A stretch of 62,844 nt of DNA, filler included, from Basidiobolus ranarum (taxonomy: Eukaryota), in NCBI GenBank assembly GCA_040143965.1. It is 51 parts of 51 records of this genome, joined end to end, with 100 filler letters (N's around TTAATTAATTAA, not from the genome) between each part and the next. Parts side by side here need not be neighbours in the genome. Positions count along the whole stretch, not along the records: positions 60,489 to 61,616 come from JASJQH010013187.1; positions 61,717 to 62,844 come from JASJQH010013188.1; 49 more parts are not named here. One strand, 5' to 3'. Shown here piece by piece: positions 60,489-62,844 of this stretch. Positions within the stretch are counted from its first letter, which is position 1; each line of letters begins with the position of its first letter. The notes under the pieces are model-generated. The model was not told the origin of the DNA and ran no database searches. It worked only from the letters and a program-made list of their open reading frames with translations. The translations under genes and the position numbers were made by a program.

Positions 60489-61616
60489 TAATCCCCCATT
60501 TATGTATAAAATCACTAGTTGAGTAAAGTTCAACAGAAATGCCATCAACTTCCAAAGGGCTGCTTTGCCAACTATTGAAAAACCCTCCAAACAATATTTG
60601 GATAGAAGTATTACCACAAGAAAATTGCAGGCCAAAAACCATCAAGATTTGTATGCAATTGTATGTAAAAACAACAAAGTTGCTATACAGGCCATAACAA
60701 GCAATAACACTGCAATATGGCAATGAATGCAGCATTCTAAAGCGGCTATTCAATAGTTAGAGAGTCACTAAGCAATGATACAAGATCTTGGAATACTATA
60801 CTTTAGCTACAATAATATGGTGCTCCCTCCATCTATTCTCATATGGGATTTCAATCAATCCCACACCATACATTAGAATGTCACTATAACAATCTAGCAG
60901 AGCAGAATATGTGTTGGCACATTAAGTCTACACAATGACCCAAAATTGCTTGGGCCAATGAAGTTTATATCTCATTAGAAAACCAAAAAACCAAAAGATT
61001 CTCAATGTCAGAGCTGCCATCTCTTGCTCTGTTGATGAGTAGTTTGACATCTTGGAAACTGTGTGGAATCTTGCCCAAAATTGCCTTTATCTGAGCCAAT
61101 CTTGGAAAAACTAAAAACTAGGCATTACTCTGAAGGTTCTTGACTTATTTCATGAGGGTTATACTGGGTTTTTGAAAGCAAATGGCAATTGGGCTAGTAT
61201 AGGCCTATTTATGAAACAGCACAAAAATGTATGCAAGTATCAACTTGGAAAAGAAAGAAAAGCAGCTAAAGAAGTACTCAAGGATCAGTAAATCAGGAAA
61301 CCCTAGGGAAAAGCAAATGGGCCAGTGTGTTTAGGTTTTACTGCCACACTTACCAGATTCTTCACACCATTATCAAGATCTGTATTTCCTGAGTCAGATA
61401 TAGTGGCAAAAAAGCTTAATTTCACTATGGAACTGGGTACATCAATTGGAAATGTGCTAAATTTGGAAGTTCATCCAACACTTGGTACATCTCAACAAAC
61501 CAAACTCCTGCAAATAAAGCTCACTGCTCTCCAACCTCAACTTGAACTTTTCAAAGTGTTGAAATTAGCAAAAAACTCAAAGGCAAGCAAAAAGCTGAAA
61601 AAACACAACAAAGCAC
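60489..61616 (+). mobile_element. CACTA ORF2 central part; bridges the N-terminal and C-terminal fragments
   Basis: 5' half matches reverse complement of 12389-12860; 3' half matches 1241-1987. Confidence 0.88.
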
Positions 61617-61716
61617 NNNNNNNNNNNNNNNNNNNNNNNNNNNNNNNNNNNNNNNNNNNNTTAATTAATTAANNNNNNNNNNNNNNNNNNNNNNNNNNNN
61701 NNNNNNNNNNNNNNNN

Positions 61717-62844
61717 CTCAATGTTGCCAATACTTATCAGGCAGAAATCTTTTCAAAATTCCACTTGAATATATACAGATCCAATACTTCCAGTCTTTGC
61801 ATTTGAATAAACACCTAGATGAGTGTATATTGATGGGAGTCCTAGTAAAATATGATGGTATCTTGATGTTTTCAAGCATTTTCCCAATCAATTCAAACTT
61901 TGATCCTATCTTGAATGGCTTATCTGTATTGAACTTTGCACTATATAGCTGAGTAAGCAGTATTGGAATGTTGTTGAATAGTAAGTGCCTAGTGCCTAAT
62001 GGGAAGCTCTGGCTCCAGCTAATCCCCTTTAGCAATATGATCTTAGGCTTAGGGCTAATACTAAGTTTGTTGTTAGACTGACTATTAGGTGAATTGACAT
62101 CAGTGATTATGTTGAAATCTGACCAGGCTGTGGACAGTAAAATCATGAAGTTTAGTGTTGTATTTGGATAGTAGTAATGTGTATGCCTGTTAGAGTGAAC
62201 TGCATTGATTTGACAAAATCTACAGCAAGATAGTGCATTGTGCCCATGAAAACCTCCAGATTTACTGATGGCAAGAGTGTCACTATTACATACAATGATA
62301 TTAGCTTTAATAAAATATTCACCCATCTGAACCCCATTAGATAACCATTCAAATTCCACAATCAAAGGCTGCAAGAAGCTATCTATAAGCACTGGAGTTT
62401 TAGGTCCAGATATGATGAGTAGTATCAAAATATTATGACTCTTATATAGTTCAGAAGTAGGAAGATTTAACTTGACTAAAATTATTGGCCTGCAAGCCGT
62501 TCTGATGGTATATTTTTTTAGTGAGAAACCATCCAGAGCCAATACAAATGCCCAATCATATGTGTTCTCAAAGAAACCTTGACTTCTCAGATTCTGCTAG
62601 TGATATCCATCAAGAATATTGATAATACCATCAGCATTATGGTGAGTACTTTGGTTTTTGATCAATGATCTATATTTAGGTGATTTCATCAAACTTCAAG
62701 ATGGGGAATAAATGGTATGTAAGCCAAAAAAATACAAGTGTTTTCCACTTGTACCAGGTTTGTGGCAAGCAACAGTTGCCAATCAACTGTGGTAAAAGTG
62801 TAAGAAAACCAATAAACACCTGGTTGCTAAGATTGGATTGAACT
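61717..62844 (-). mobile_element. CACTA transposase core (274-aa open stretch)
   Basis: DGF, WPI-like, GPKTP, D..AISK, CCRFC, LG.RH, KCKDWK motifs. Confidence 0.94.

Noticed and set aside
1141-61716. Regularly spaced TTAATTAATTAA 'repeat' and ORFs ending in X..LIN
   Set aside because: These are artificial six-frame-stop linkers between contigs, so they are not biological and not a CRISPR array.

Overview
This is not a contiguous locus. It is 51 short, unplaced contigs (1140 bp falling to 1128 bp, sorted by size) joined by artificial 100-nt linkers (44 N + TTAATTAATTAA + 44 N), so adjacency across linkers has no meaning. The source is a eukaryote, very probably an early-diverging fungus: short GT-AG introns, a TTAGGG telomere, fungal-type FET4/EFR3/FAD2/WrbA genes, and a mitochondrial cox3 using only TGG for Trp with GC clusters. 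A Basidiobolus-like host is plausible but cannot be verified here. About 21 of the 51 contigs are decayed copies of one CACTA/EnSpm-type DNA transposon. Overlapping copies reconstruct it almost completely (>=5.2 kb): CCCTAACA(A/G)AAAT terminal inverted repeats, and a transposase placed head-to-head with an unrecognised ~560-aa gene across a conserved 155-bp spacer. Copia and Gypsy fragments and at least 7 LTR families are present, many nested in the transposon, and the repeats show CpG-deamination decay. Host contigs include a Kex2-type repeat-peptide precursor, a bacterial-type CHAP peptidoglycan-hydrolase domain, a CBM5/12 domain, a dicistronic tRNA-Ser/Ile pair, a telomere-capped retroelement fragment and several tandem paralog pairs. 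All protein assignments come from motif recognition by eye; no database searches were run.
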